A DNA stretch of 64,000 bases from Octopus sinensis (taxonomy: Eukaryota), in assembly GCF_006345805.1 (NCBI RefSeq), contig NC_043003.1, positions 37,262,001-37,326,000 of the forward strand, read 5' to 3'. The number at the start of each line of letters is the position of its first letter. The stretch's first letter is position 1. The notes under the pieces were generated by a model. The model did not search any database. It worked only from the letters and a program-made list of their open reading frames with translations, and was not told the DNA's origin. A program made the translations under genes and the position numbers. Positions 38,064-51,779 of the stretch are shown piece by piece.

Positions 38064-39390
38064 AGTAAGGAAAATTTTTTTTAAAATGCAGAATGCTCAA
38101 ATGAAAGAAATTTTAATAAAATGAGAAAATGATAAAATATATAAATGTATATTTATTCAACCGGTTTTCGTCATTGTATGACTTGTCAAGAATATTTATG
38201 TTTTAAGAAGTTTTTTTAAAAATTAGAAAGGGGAAAAAAGAAAATTGCATTGTTTTTTGTAAAAGAATAATGATAAAAATGTACAAAAATTAAAAAATAA
38301 GTTCTCCGATACATTGTGAGTTCGTTGTGTATCTTGCGTTTTATGGTTGTTTACGAAAAAATTACCTTGAGGTGTTAAGATCCAAAGAGATTAAGAGCAT
38401 GTGTTGTGTTGTGTTGTTAAATTCAGCATGTTTGCAGGACAGGAAGTAGTAGTAATTGTGGTCCTGGTTCTTCAGTTCCTGTGTTGTGAGTAAGGGGAGA
38501 CAACTCTTTTGAGTTCTTCAATAAAACCCAAATTATAAAACTATCATTTTAAGCTTCATTTGCATTATCTTTTTTATATAATTGCTTGTTAACTTACTTT
38601 CAGATTTTAACACTTTATTTACATTATTTTCTAATAATATAAATCTGCATAGACAATTGCATTTCAAATTGTCATAACATTTATAATAAAAATGATAGTA
38701 ATAACAACAATAGTAAAAATATTCTTTAAATATCATTTTACTATTGTTGTTATTACTATCATTTTTATTATAAATGATATGACAATTTGAAATGCAATTG
38801 TCTATGCAGATTTATATTATTAGAAAATAATGTAAATAAAGTGTTAAAATCTGAAAGTTAAGTTAACAAGCATTATATAAAAAAGATAATGCAAATGAAG
38901 CTAAAATGATAGTTTTATAATTTGGGTTTTATTGAAGAACTCAAAAGAGTTGTCTCCCCTTACTCACAACACAGGAACTGAAGAACCAGGACCACAATTA
39001 CTACTACTTCCTGTCCTGCAAACATGCTGAATTTAACAACACAACACAACACATGCTCTTAATCTCTTTGGATCTTACACCTCAAGGTAATTTTTTCGTA
39101 AACAACCATAAAACGCAAGATACACAACGAACTCACAATGTATCGGAGAACTTATTTTTTAATTTTTGTACATTTTTATCATTATTCTTTTACAAAAAAC
39201 AATGCAATTTTCTTTTTTTCCCCTTTCTAATTTTAAAAAAACTTCTTAAAACATAAATATTCTTGACAAGTCATACAATGACGAAACCGGTTGAATAAAT
39301 ATACATTTATATATTTTATCATTTTCTCATTTTATTAAAATTTTCTTTCATTTGAGCATTCTGCATTTTTAAAAAAAATTTTTCCTTACT
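38064..39390. repeat. 1.33-kb near-perfect palindrome (two ~655-bp arms, 17-nt spacer); probable PLE-derived
   Basis: 38064-38718 is the reverse complement of 38736-39390; ends at (TA)n; contains a hammerhead variant. Confidence 0.95.
39258..39297 (+). ncRNA. Hammerhead ribozyme motif with U3:A8 covariant core (GUU site); mirror copy 38154-38194 (-)
   Basis: TATTC-TTGACAA-GTCAT ACA ATGAC-GAAA-CCGG-TT^-GAATA. Confidence 0.7.
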
Positions 39391-39411
39391 ATATATATAT
39401 ATATATATATA

Positions 39412-39785
39412 TGGGAATGTCTGTGTGGTAAGAAGCTTGCTTCCCAACCACATGGTTTCGGGTTCAGTCCTACTTCGTGACATCTTGGACAAGTGCATTC
39501 TACTATAACCTCAGGCCGACCAAGGCCTTGTGAGTGGATTTGGTAGTCGGAAACTAAAAGAAGCCCATCGTATATATAGATATATATAAATGCCTGAATG
39601 TATTTGTGTGTTTGTGTTTGCTCCCGCATCATCGCTTGACAACAGATGTTGGTGTGTTTATGTCCCCATAACTCACCAGTTCGGCGAAAGAGACTGGTAG
39701 AATAAGTAGTAGGCTTACAAAGAATAAGTCCTAGGGTCGATTTGTTCGACTAAAGGTGGTGCTTCCAGCATGGCCGCAGTCAAAT
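39412..39785 (+). mobile_element. SINE family A
   Basis: Consensus match. Confidence 0.9.
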
Positions 39786-40322
39786 TACATGGCCTCAGCC
39801 AAATATGTAATGTATGTATGTATGTATGTATGTATGTATGTATGTATTTTTCGGATCAGCCACCACTTTTGAATAAAAGATCATTCTTATATTTTACCAT
39901 GTGTCTAATTGCTTAAGTACATGGCACTTGACACTTCGGTATCGATTCGAAAAACGTATATATAGCACGTGAATGAGACGCATGGCGTTTAATCCTTTAT
40001 CTAAGGGTCAGCTTGCTACCTGTGATAAAATGAGAACCGACGAGCTTTCAATTTAGAGATAAGCATCCTATACTAAACACATATGCAGTAATTTCTTGTT
40101 ATTCGATAGCTTAAAATGTTTAAACATTTTATGAGACAATTTATGGATGTGGAAAGAAAAGAAACGTTTAAACATCTATATAATGGTGATACACAGTCTC
40201 ATCCATTCGATGTCAAAACCATCTATGCTGCTCACACGTATATATATTGTTACTATTGAACATATATGCATATATACATACTACATACACACACATACAC
40301 ACACATACACACTTATATATAC

Positions 40323-40354
<32 letters not shown>

Positions 40355-40568
40355 TCATATATATACTCATATATATACACATATAAATATGTATTTACAC
40401 ACGCACTTATATACATACCGACGTAAGTACATGTATGCATGCATACATACATACATACATACATACATACATACATACATAGTCCTGTCAAGACAGAAAA
40501 CGTAATGGAAGTCAATGGTTCACGCTATATTATGATAGATAGACAGACAGACAGGCAGGCAGGCAGGC

Positions 40569-40609
<41 letters not shown>

Positions 40610-40653
40610 GGCAGACAGACAGACAGACAGACAGACAGATAGATCGATCGATC

Positions 40654-40727
<74 letters not shown>

Positions 40728-41648
40728 GTGACAAACAGATATATGTGTAGATTGAATATATGTTTATATGCCTATGTATATGTATACATGTGAATATAAG
40801 GGCAGACTCGTGCGTGAGTAAATGTCCACGTCTACGTTTCTTTATATCTACAATACAATATAAGCATAGATACTTCACTCACATTAGGTCTTCTGTTATG
40901 ACAGAAATATGTCAAAATACGTTAGACACATCTCCTTATACGAGGATAGTCAACGAGTTGTGATGATTTATAATTAATGTACGATGTGAGATTGAAAGGA
41001 ATTCACAGATATGACGATTGTTCACGGAGCATTCCGGTTTTAGAAAGCTGGTAGGAACAGAACAAAATTCCCAACACACATACATATAGATACATATATA
41101 CTCATACATACATATATACATACATACATACATACATACATACATACATACATACATACATACATACACACATACACAAACATACATACATACACATATA
41201 CATGCATACATACATACATAAGTACGGACGTACATACGTATGTATGTATATAATCTCGCAGTTGTCTGGTTGTTCTCTAGAAACATCTTGCCAAGAATCC
41301 ATTATTTTTCTATTTCCTTTTCTTTTCTTTAAGTCAAATGAATACAGTGATTTTATGCATTTATAGGATTGAAATTTTTCTTTTAATCACAGCCTTGTTA
41401 GCATTCGCACATAGCTGTTATTTCAATTTAGTTGGATCTCTTCAGTACGACGTAGTCAGGAATCATGGCATCCATTAAGGATCCCTTGAAGGAAAAGGTC
41501 GACAGTGACTTCGAAGTTTTGACGCACCCAAAAATCCAATGCCACTTTTAACATTTTGCTTGTAAAAATAAAAGAAAAAGTATATGACTCTCAGTTTAAA
41601 TACCTTAAGTGGTTCTTTGACTATGGATTCTGCGTCTTTGATGAACAT

Positions 41649-41705
<57 letters not shown>

Positions 41706-41718
41706 ATATATATAATAT

Positions 41719-41925
41719 ATTTGTAGTATAATATGTGACAATTATTCGATTGTCATAATAATACTCCGAGTTTGGGATGTTGGGCAGGTTTCCGCCCCGA
41801 CATCGAAACTCGGAGTTTTATCATGGCAACCGAATAATTGTCGCATATATTACAAATAATTCCTCCTCTATTTACATAATATCGAGGTCTTTTTCATTCT
41901 TTTGTTGTCTTACCATTGCTATTAA
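41719..41925. mobile_element. (TA)n-flanked fold-back fragment with half-hammerhead
   Basis: Imperfect hairpin 41719-41857; CGAAACTCGGAGTT motif. Confidence 0.6.
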
Positions 41926-41979
41926 TATATATATATATATATATTATATATAATATATTATATATATATATATACACAC

Positions 41980-42651
41980 AATTGAGATAGGGGTTGTAAA
42001 TGCAACCCTCCATGGATAACATATATCCATATACTGCTAGTGAAGTACCCAACAAAGTTAATACATAAATGTTGAGAATTGCAATGCAATTAATTCATTT
42101 ACTGTATTATATGGGCAAAGGTAAAATGCTTTACCACAAATTCATGTTTATTAATTTATATTATTTATATCATTATGTATATGTATATTTATATGTACAG
42201 GAGTATGAGTATATGCACTCAATGTATATGTATATGTTTTATTATGGGTATGTACCCACACCTAATAATAAGTAGTATGTAATCTGATTTGTATCACATA
42301 ATCTCCGAAGAGGCCTTAGGATATTTTTGTAAATGTCTCATTTATAACTACATTTGACCAACCATAAATGGCTAATATAAGTAAAATGAGACATACTTAT
42401 CTACATGGCCGAACAGGTGTAAGATGTAGTCTATAGTTATTTATGTGTACTTATTATTTATTTCTCTTATACATATTCTACTTATTGTATAACATTACTA
42501 TTTTATGTACACTCCTTTATGTACAGTTTTGCCCTACATTATTATGTTTAACCTTATAGTTTTCTTATGTAGTGGTTTAATAAAGTATGTGATTGAGTAT
42601 TATCTGGTAATTGATATTTGATTTCGATGTATTTCTCCATTTTCTTATTTT

Positions 42652-42655
<4 letters not shown>
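41980..42655 (+). mobile_element. (TA)n-flanked PLE-like terminal region with long-stem-II hammerhead remnant (42301-42425)
   Basis: ATCT-CCGAAGA-GGCC..(ATGTCTCATTT/AAATGAGACAT)..GGCC-GAA-CAGGTG-TA-AGAT. Confidence 0.5.
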
Positions 42656-42719
<64 letters not shown>

Positions 42720-42829
42720 TATATATAATATATATATATATATAATATATATATTATTATATATATGTGTGTGTATAATATATTATATATATATACATAT
42801 TACACAGTCGACTGATCACGTCTGCGACA

Positions 42830-42975
42830 TGCGGTATTTTGTCTGTCGTTACGTTCTGAGTTCAAATTCCGCCGAGGTCGACTTTGCACTAGGGTTGATG
42901 TAATCGACTTAATCCGTTTTGTCTGTCCTTGTTTGTCCCCTCTATGTTTAGCCCCTTGTGGGTAGTAAAGAAATA
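42830..42975 (+). mobile_element. SINE family B unit, internally deleted
   Basis: GGTATTTTGTCTG...GCCCCTTGTGGGTAGTAAAGAAAT. Confidence 0.8.
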
Positions 42976-43728
42976 TATACATATATATATGTATACTGTA
43001 TATAATGTATAATATACTATATATGCCTATATATTTGTGTGTGTGTGCGTGTGGGGGGTAAATACATATTAGGCAATGAGCACAGAAAAACAACACGGAA
43101 GGGACAATTTTTTACAAATGTTTTAGGTTAAAGTTTAAAAGGGAAAGAGTCATTACGTTTCGGATGCTGCAAAGAGGTGGATGGATGCATGGCCGTACGG
43201 AGGGAGGGCGGGAAGAATTGATGAACTGACGGACGGATCTCCGTCGGTTTCGACGATGGTAATTCAGTTGTCTGACCAACTGAATCCTCTGCACATTGAA
43301 TTAGCGTGTCAGTGGCTGAGTATTCCACAGGCTTATGCATTATTTTCAGGCAAAGGAAGCATGACACGACGTATGACAAAACTATACCTTTAAACTATGC
43401 CGCAGGTTTCTATGCAGTTTCTGCCTACTTAATTCCAACCAAAATATTTTGGGTCGACTCGAGTGACACTTCTCCAAGATACCATAGCGTGGGATCGATC
43501 CGGGAGTCTTAAAGTTTACATAGCGAACTTATTAACCATACAGCACATATATATGCGTGTGCGTGTGTTCGCCACTCTGTGAATGTGTGCGTCTGTTTGT
43601 GTATGTATGTATATTTGTGCGTATGTATGTATGTATGTATATTTGTATGTATGTATGTATGTATGTAGTATGTATGTATGTATTATGTATGTATGTATGT
43701 ATGCACGTGCCGGTGCATATGTGCGTGC

Positions 43729-43773
<45 letters not shown>

Positions 43774-44079
43774 CATGTGGATTTGTGTATGCATCCTGTA
43801 GTCAAACTCGTGTTGTCCATGATACGATAGACATATGATCAACAGAGTTCCAGTTATGACAACTGCGTCGTTTGTTTTTGTTCTTTGCTTTTGCTATTTT
43901 TGTTGTTGTTTTTCTCAGAGTTAATGCATCCTCTACTACGCTATCTAATGTACCCTTCCTTTCCAAAGAAGATAGGGTGTGGCTTGAAGGATATCTGGTT
44001 GCTATTTCTAACAGGAACACCGGTCATACTGTGAGTTACTTAAGTCCTTCTTTGGTTCAGTTCGTATGTGTTTCTGTAT

Positions 44080-44731
44080 TCTTTTATTCTGTTACTTGTT
44101 TCAATTATTTTGAGTGCAGCCGTACTGGTGCACCACCTTAAAGGGGTTTCAGTCGAAGCTATTGGCTCCAAGAATTATTCTTTGTGAGCGTAGTACTTAT
44201 TCCATTGAATCTTTTGCCGAACCGCTAGTTACGAGGATGTAAACACACCAACATTGGTTGTCAAGCGATGGTGGGGGTACAAACACAGACACAAAGACAC
44301 ACGCATAAATATCTACATATATATGTGTGTGTGTGTATCTACACACCATCACCCACACTCCTACACGTTACAAACACACACACACACGCAAACATCCACT
44401 CACGTCAAACTCACTAGCCCCTATCCAAACACACACACACACTTGCACATTTTCACACACGCACGCTCATCTTCGTTTTGGGATCACCAATATTTTATTA
44501 TCTCCTCTTCTTTCTACCTCTCCTGTCAAAACTGTTTCTTTCCAACCAGCCCCCATGCTTGACCGCTAAATCCACAAGTTTTTTTTTTATTCCCTCTCTG
44601 TTTATTTACTCTTATTTCTTTCTGTTGAAGAGCGCAGGCTCGAAACTAATACACCTGTTTGTTGTTCATACACCTCTCTTTGTCTTTTGTTTTCCTGTAA
44701 ATTTCAACTATTTATATATATATATATAAAT

Positions 44732-44825
<94 letters not shown>

Positions 44826-44992
44826 TACACGACAAGCTTCTTTCGGCTTCCGTCTGCTAAATCCACTCATAAGGCTTTGTTCAGCCCGAGGCTATAGTAG
44901 ATGACACTTGCCCAAGGTGCTAAGCAGTGAGACTGAACCCGGAACCACGTGGTTGAGAAGCAAGTTGTCTACCACACAGCCACGACTGTGCC
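44080..44992 (-). mobile_element. SINE family A with a PLE-like fragment (44340-44710, +) nested in its microsatellite
   Basis: SINE 3' half 44080-44300 and 5' half 44825-44992 flank the insert and a (GATA)n tract. Confidence 0.85.
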
Positions 44993-45297
44993 AATATGTA
45001 TGTATATAACAATATGGGCGCATAAGTATGCGCGCGATGGCACGAGTCACAATGTGTCTGTGGCCCAGTTGATAATGTATATGTGACTATAGCCGACAGC
45101 TTTGACAGAAAGAATTTCTAGATTGTAGTAGCCATCCATTTTCTGAAATGGAATGAAGCCATCTAACCGTACAGGTTTAACGCTCTTCACAATGTAAGAG
45201 CCTACGCTAAAGCGATTTAGTGTTTTCCTTTCTTTCTCCCTTACTTCTCTCTCTCTCCCTCTCCTTCTGTACATATATACACACACATACACACACA

Positions 45298-45377
<80 letters not shown>

Positions 45378-45657
45378 TATATATATATATATACATAAAT
45401 CCAGAGATATTGATAGAGAAATAGGCTTAACTATATATATATATATATATATACACCCATTCATACATGCATACATTCATACATACATGCATACATACAT
45501 ATGTGTGTGTGTGTGTATACATGTGTGTATGTGTCACTGCCACGTTATCTCACATTCTCTCATACTCTCTTATTTCTAACAGCCTTCCTCTCTGTCCAAC
45601 TTTCTTTCTGTCAATCTATGTATATCTCCCCTCTCTCTCTCACACACTCTCTCTCTC

Positions 45658-45696
<39 letters not shown>

Positions 45697-45787
45697 ACAG
45701 ATATTTCGCCAAATATATAAACGTATACTCGCATATACCCAGAGACGTATTGCCATATATAAATATATATATATATATGAACATATA

Positions 45788-45841
<54 letters not shown>

Positions 45842-45920
45842 ATATATAATGTATGTATACATATGCATATAAATATATACATACATATATTATATATATA
45901 TATAATATATATATATATAT

Positions 45921-45969
<49 letters not shown>

Positions 45970-45975
<6 letters not shown>

Positions 45976-46185
45976 TAATCCAAACAAGAAAGCACAAAAA
46001 AAAAAACAACAACGCGAGGACGTGGAACAAATATAGTATTATTGGACGCTCAGGAAAGAAGGAAAGAAGGAGGGTTTAACGTTTCGAGCGGAGCTCTTTT
46101 TCGTAAACATAGGAGAAGGAAAGATCCAGAGAAGGGAAGACAGAGGAAAAATATCGCCAAGGGTACACACGAGATCACATTTTGA
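45970..46185 (-). mobile_element. (TA)n-flanked PLE-like terminal fragment with degenerate hammerhead (46074-46108)
   Basis: GTTT-ACGAAAA-AGAGC TCC GCTC-GAAA-CG-TT-AAAC on the minus strand. Confidence 0.55.
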
Positions 46186-46207
46186 AATATATATATACAT
46201 ATATACG

Positions 46208-46272
<65 letters not shown>

Positions 46273-47292
46273 ATATTATATATATATATGCATGCATGTA
46301 TGTATGTATGTATGTATGTATGTATGTATGTATGTATACGTAAATATCGAGCGATAAAATGAGTGCTCAACACCGCATTGGTGGATATATAATTTCTTTA
46401 TTTATGAATTAAGGCTACCATTGGTTTCATGTTAAGAAAAGTTGAAAAATATCCTAGTGCATTAGCAATTTTTCAAGCCGATCACATGAAGAAAGGCGTT
46501 TGCATCTATTTTGGAAAACAATCTCGCTTCTTTCACGGGATTTGTCGTAAATTCGCGCGTAAATAAAACGATCAATCAATGAATCAAAGGACGTTACACT
46601 TGAGTGGCATCTTTAGGATGTTTGTCTCTCTTGAATCTGTCTTTTGGGTAAATGTTTTTGCAGTTAATTTGTTTGCATTATTTGTTTTTGTTCTGGGCAT
46701 GATACTTGTATGTTGAGGTAGTTCGTCATTGGAGCATATTTGTTTTTTGTGTGAAGTTTGTGTGCTATGTGTGTTCATGTTTAGGAAAGGGGCTATCCTG
46801 GTGGGGTTACCCTCGCTTAAAGGGGATCTTCTTTGAGACATTTGAGTGTAAAATATTACTTGTGGATACAGAGAGAGAAGGTTTCGTCCCTAATGTTTAA
46901 GACGTTATCTGTTGATTGTATAATGTTTAATTTTTCAGTAATAGGGTTCACATTTGGTACATACGTATATGAATGCATGCATAGGCACACACACACACTT
47001 ACCCACACACATGCGCACAAACGAACAAAAAGGAACGCAATGTAAATAACGGACAGAGTCAAGATTATTGAAAAGGTTGTAAGACGTAACGAAAATTTTA
47101 GGAAAATAAAAATAAGAAATAAGTGGAAATTTTACAGGTTGGTGTGTTAAATTATAAGCCGCAAAAACAAAATGACTCTCCCCAGACACAACAGAATATG
47201 CTTCAACACACGAACTCACATAAAGAATCTTGCAAACTAAATCCAAAATCTATATATATATATGCACACACACACACACATATATCTATATA

Positions 47293-47328
<36 letters not shown>

Positions 47329-47724
47329 TATATGTCCTCACGCATACGTTTTTGTGTTTGAGTGTGTGTGTGTGTGTGTGTGTTAGTAATCTAATATATT
47401 TCCCACATACTACCGGACGTGTAGACAAAGTGCTGTCAAAGTGGTTATAATAATTAAAGGAATAAAACAACACGCGATCTTACAAGTGTTGATAATCTAC
47501 TGGTTTGAAAGTAGACAGTAATTCACAGTATAGAAAAATAACACATTTCAAATTACAACATTAAAAGCAAGGTGTACGTACATGTGCCTGTAATTCAATT
47601 CAGTATTTCATGTACTATAGCAGAAGTATTGTTTGTGGAGTTCGTGAATAAAAGTTCTTTTCTGGGCGTTGCAGTGGTAAAACCAGATCATGTTCAGGTT
47701 GAAAACGGAAAGAAAATAAATATG

Positions 47725-48195
47725 CATGCGCCGACGTGACCGTGTGGGTTAAAAAGCTTGCTTCTTAATTATGTGATCTTGGGTTCAGTCCCACTATGTA
47801 GCATCTTGGGCATGTATCTTCTATTATAACCCCCGGGCCGACAAAAGCCTTGTGACTGGATTCGGTATACAGCAAACTGAAAAAAAGCTCGTTACATGTG
47901 TACACCTGTGTATGTGCGTATATGTGTGCGTACGTGTGTGTGCCCGTGTGTGTGCCCGTGCGTATGCGTGTGTGTGTGTGTACGTGCGTACGTGTGTGTG
48001 TGTGTGTTTCTGTTATGTTTGTCCCCCCAGCGCCGCTTGAAAACTGCTGTTGGTTTGTTAACAACCCCCGTAACATAACGGTTCGTCAAAGCGGACAGCT
48101 ATAATGAGTATCTGACTTAATCTAAATACTAGCTTCAATTTGATTGACTAAACCTTTCAAGGCCCCAGCGCTTACTAAAACGAATAAAAGGTACT
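47725..48195 (+). mobile_element. SINE family A, diverged
   Basis: Consensus match. Confidence 0.8.
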
Positions 48196-48244
48196 CGGTA
48201 AACGAGATACGTTTTACAGACATTGACAGAAGAATTGAATATTG

Positions 48245-48890
<646 letters not shown>

Positions 48891-49296
48891 TAATTGATTG
48901 ATTACTGCTGAAACCTAAATTTGCATAATATTTTAGATCAACTGAAAAGACAATTTCGTTTGTTGGTTCCTGTCCTAGTCATATCTGTCGAAGTAAAGAA
49001 ATACATAGCAAACAGACTTACTAATGGCTTACAATTTGATAATCCTCGACGGACTCTCTCTATTATTACGTAGTTGCATGTAATGTTAATCAATAAAGGT
49101 GAGACAAGAGCGAATGTACTCTTTCTTTTATAATAGCATAAGTTATACACAGCTTAGGTTATCCTTTAGTCAGTTTATTTCACGGTATGTTGGTACATTG
49201 TTTGACATTCGGGTGGTTGTAACTGCTTTTGTCATACAAGTTTTCCTTCCCAAAGTCGAATCAACTTGTGCATCTTGGTGTTAATGTTGGTGCCTT

Positions 49297-49880
49297 CCTC
49301 TTCTTCTTCTTCTTCTTCTTCTTCTTCTTCTTCTTCTTCTTCTTCTTCTTCTTCTTCTTCTTCTTCTTCTTCTCTTCTTCTTCTTCTTCTTTTTCTTCTA
49401 ATCAGGACTCACGCCATTAGCCACAAAGAATAATCTCTAATTCGAGCCTACTCTAAGCTACTAAGAATGCGTGTGGCAACTTGAAGATCCACCCACCACA
49501 CGCGATAGACTGGCGGTTGCACGGGCGCGAAAGCTACATTGTTATCCTCATTCCGTAAACGGTGGCTTTTAACGGGTGGAGAGCTGAACCATCCTGAGGT
49601 ACAGAGGATTCGCAATCTAGACTAGGGTCTGAAAGTTTTACCTCACCATAATGGGTTACACCATGGTTTCTCTTTTTTGTGGCAGAAGTAGGAAGAAAGA
49701 GTGAAAGTTGTGGTGAAAGAATACAGCGGGGTTCACCACCACCACCACCCGCTCCGGAACGTCGTGGAGCTTAGGTGTTTTTGCTCAATAAACACTCACA
49801 ATGCCCAGTCTGGGAATCGAAACCGCGTTCTTACGACCGCGAGTCCGTGTGCCCTAACCACTGGGCCATTGTGCCTCCAC
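49297..49880 (-). mobile_element. SINE family C head/body (49690-49880) with long tail type 3 ending in (AAG)n
   Basis: Head GGAGGCACAATGGCCCAGTGGTTAGG; assignment of the tail to this SINE is inferred from adjacency. Confidence 0.7.
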
Positions 49881-50280
49881 TGATGTTGGTGTTGGCGTCG
49901 TGACCTCCGCCACCACCGTCAAAAGTATTTGTGTTGGTCGTGATGGTTGTGGTTATATTGTTGTTACTGCTAATTTGTTGCGGATAACGGACTCTCTCTT
50001 TCGACCTTCGTCATTAAACTCTCGATGAAGACGTTTTCTCTTCGTACCTCCTCTCCAATCCTCATTGGTTATCTGATCTCTTCCTCATCCCGTTCTCCAC
50101 AGCTGATATTTTCAACACCATGCTAAGTGAATTTTCAAAACGAATAGTTCAATATATCCCACAAACACACACGCACACACACAGGCACATACACATACAT
50201 CTAGTTACACAAATTAAGATGCAGATTTAAAAGGAAGGCTTAACCTAAGTCTTTAGTAAGGCAATACTGCTAACATCAGT

Positions 50281-50665
50281 GGATGCGCAATGGCCCAGTG
50301 GTTAGGGCAGCGGACTCGCGGTCATAGGATCGCGGTTTCGATTCCCAGACCGGGCGTTGTGAGTGTTTATTGAGCGAAAACACCTAAAAAGCTCCACAAT
50401 CTCCGGCAGGGGATGGTGGTGATCCCTGCTGTACTCTTTCACCACAACTTTCTCTCACTCTTACTTCTTGTTTCTGTTGTACCTGTATTTCAAAGGGCCG
50501 GCCTTGTCACTCTCTGTGTCACGCTGAATATCCCCGAGAACTACGTTAAGGGTACACGTGTCTGTGGAGTGCTCAGCCACTTACACGCTAATTTCACGAG
50601 CAGGCTGTTCCGTTGATTCGGATCAACCGGAACCCTCGTCGTCGTAACCGACGGAGTGCTTCCAC
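50281..50665 (+). mobile_element. SINE family C (tRNA-derived, OR/OK-like), full length, tail type 1
   Basis: A box TGGCCCAGTGG, B box GGTTTCGATTCC; flanking direct repeat ACTGCTAACATCA (~50266 and ~50664) is a likely TSD. Confidence 0.92.
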
Positions 50666-51675
50666 TGCTAACATCAACTTCTGATATTGGTGCGGAGAAA
50701 GAATTAAAACAATTAAATCGAGTAAATGTTTTCTCACTCTCTCGGACGGAGGAGTTTTGAAACATTAGATTCCTTATGTCGTAATTGCATATAAACTTAT
50801 CAACACTCGAATAGATCTGCCAGTTTTCATACAGGTTTGTGCCTCATGGACATACTAACTTAATGAATAACTTTGTTAGTTATTGTTATGCTTTGCTGTT
50901 ACTGTTGTTTTGTTTTTGTTGTTGTTGTTGTTGTTGTTGTTGTTGCAGTTTGGTGCATTTTCATATGCACTGTCTTTGAGAATTTCATTTCCAAAACATT
51001 AACTGCAGTGAAGGTCTTTCCATGCATACAACTTCATTTTAATCATCTCTGATTAGTGCGCATTGAATCAATTATTTCCAGCTTGACAAAGCTTTGCACA
51101 CGCCGGCAAATTTAGTATTTCCTGTTTACAGAGAAGATCGGCAGTTCTTAATGAACTGTGAGCAACGGATTCGATGTCTGTAACAATACGGAAACATGTG
51201 TCCTGTAGTTCGATGACATCATTCATAGTCCAGGTCGGTGTGCTTTCACACACATAGTCTCTGCATTTTATGTTGGCTACTTTTGTTGACTTTTGTGGCT
51301 GTAGTTTAGATGGTACACATTAAACACCTCTTCTACTGCTGTTAAGCACACCACATAGCGCGATACGCACGTACATACACTTATTATTGAGCGTATACGT
51401 GTATGAAGATATACGTGTGTACGTGTGTGTGCGTGCACGTGCGTGTATATGTGTATGTGTTTGTGTGTTTGCATGCGTGTGTGTGTATTTGTATAAGCTG
51501 TGTAGATAAGAAATTCGCTTTGTAACCACGTGTTCAGTTTCAGTCTCACTGCGCGTAACCTTGAGCAAGTGTCCTCTACTATAGTTCCGGTTGGGCCAAT
51601 GCATTGTGAATGAATTTGGCTGACGGAAACAACGTGGATGCCGGCCGTACTTGCATACACATGTGTGTGTGTGTA

Positions 51676-51706
<31 letters not shown>

Positions 51707-51708
51707 TG

Positions 51709-51779
<71 letters not shown>

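Noticed and set aside
46560-46900. Mutator-like transposase remnant (PRTKTNN)
   Set aside because: Too little similarity to support
50281-50356. tRNA gene
   Set aside because: The tRNA-like sequence is the head of a multicopy SINE with body and tail
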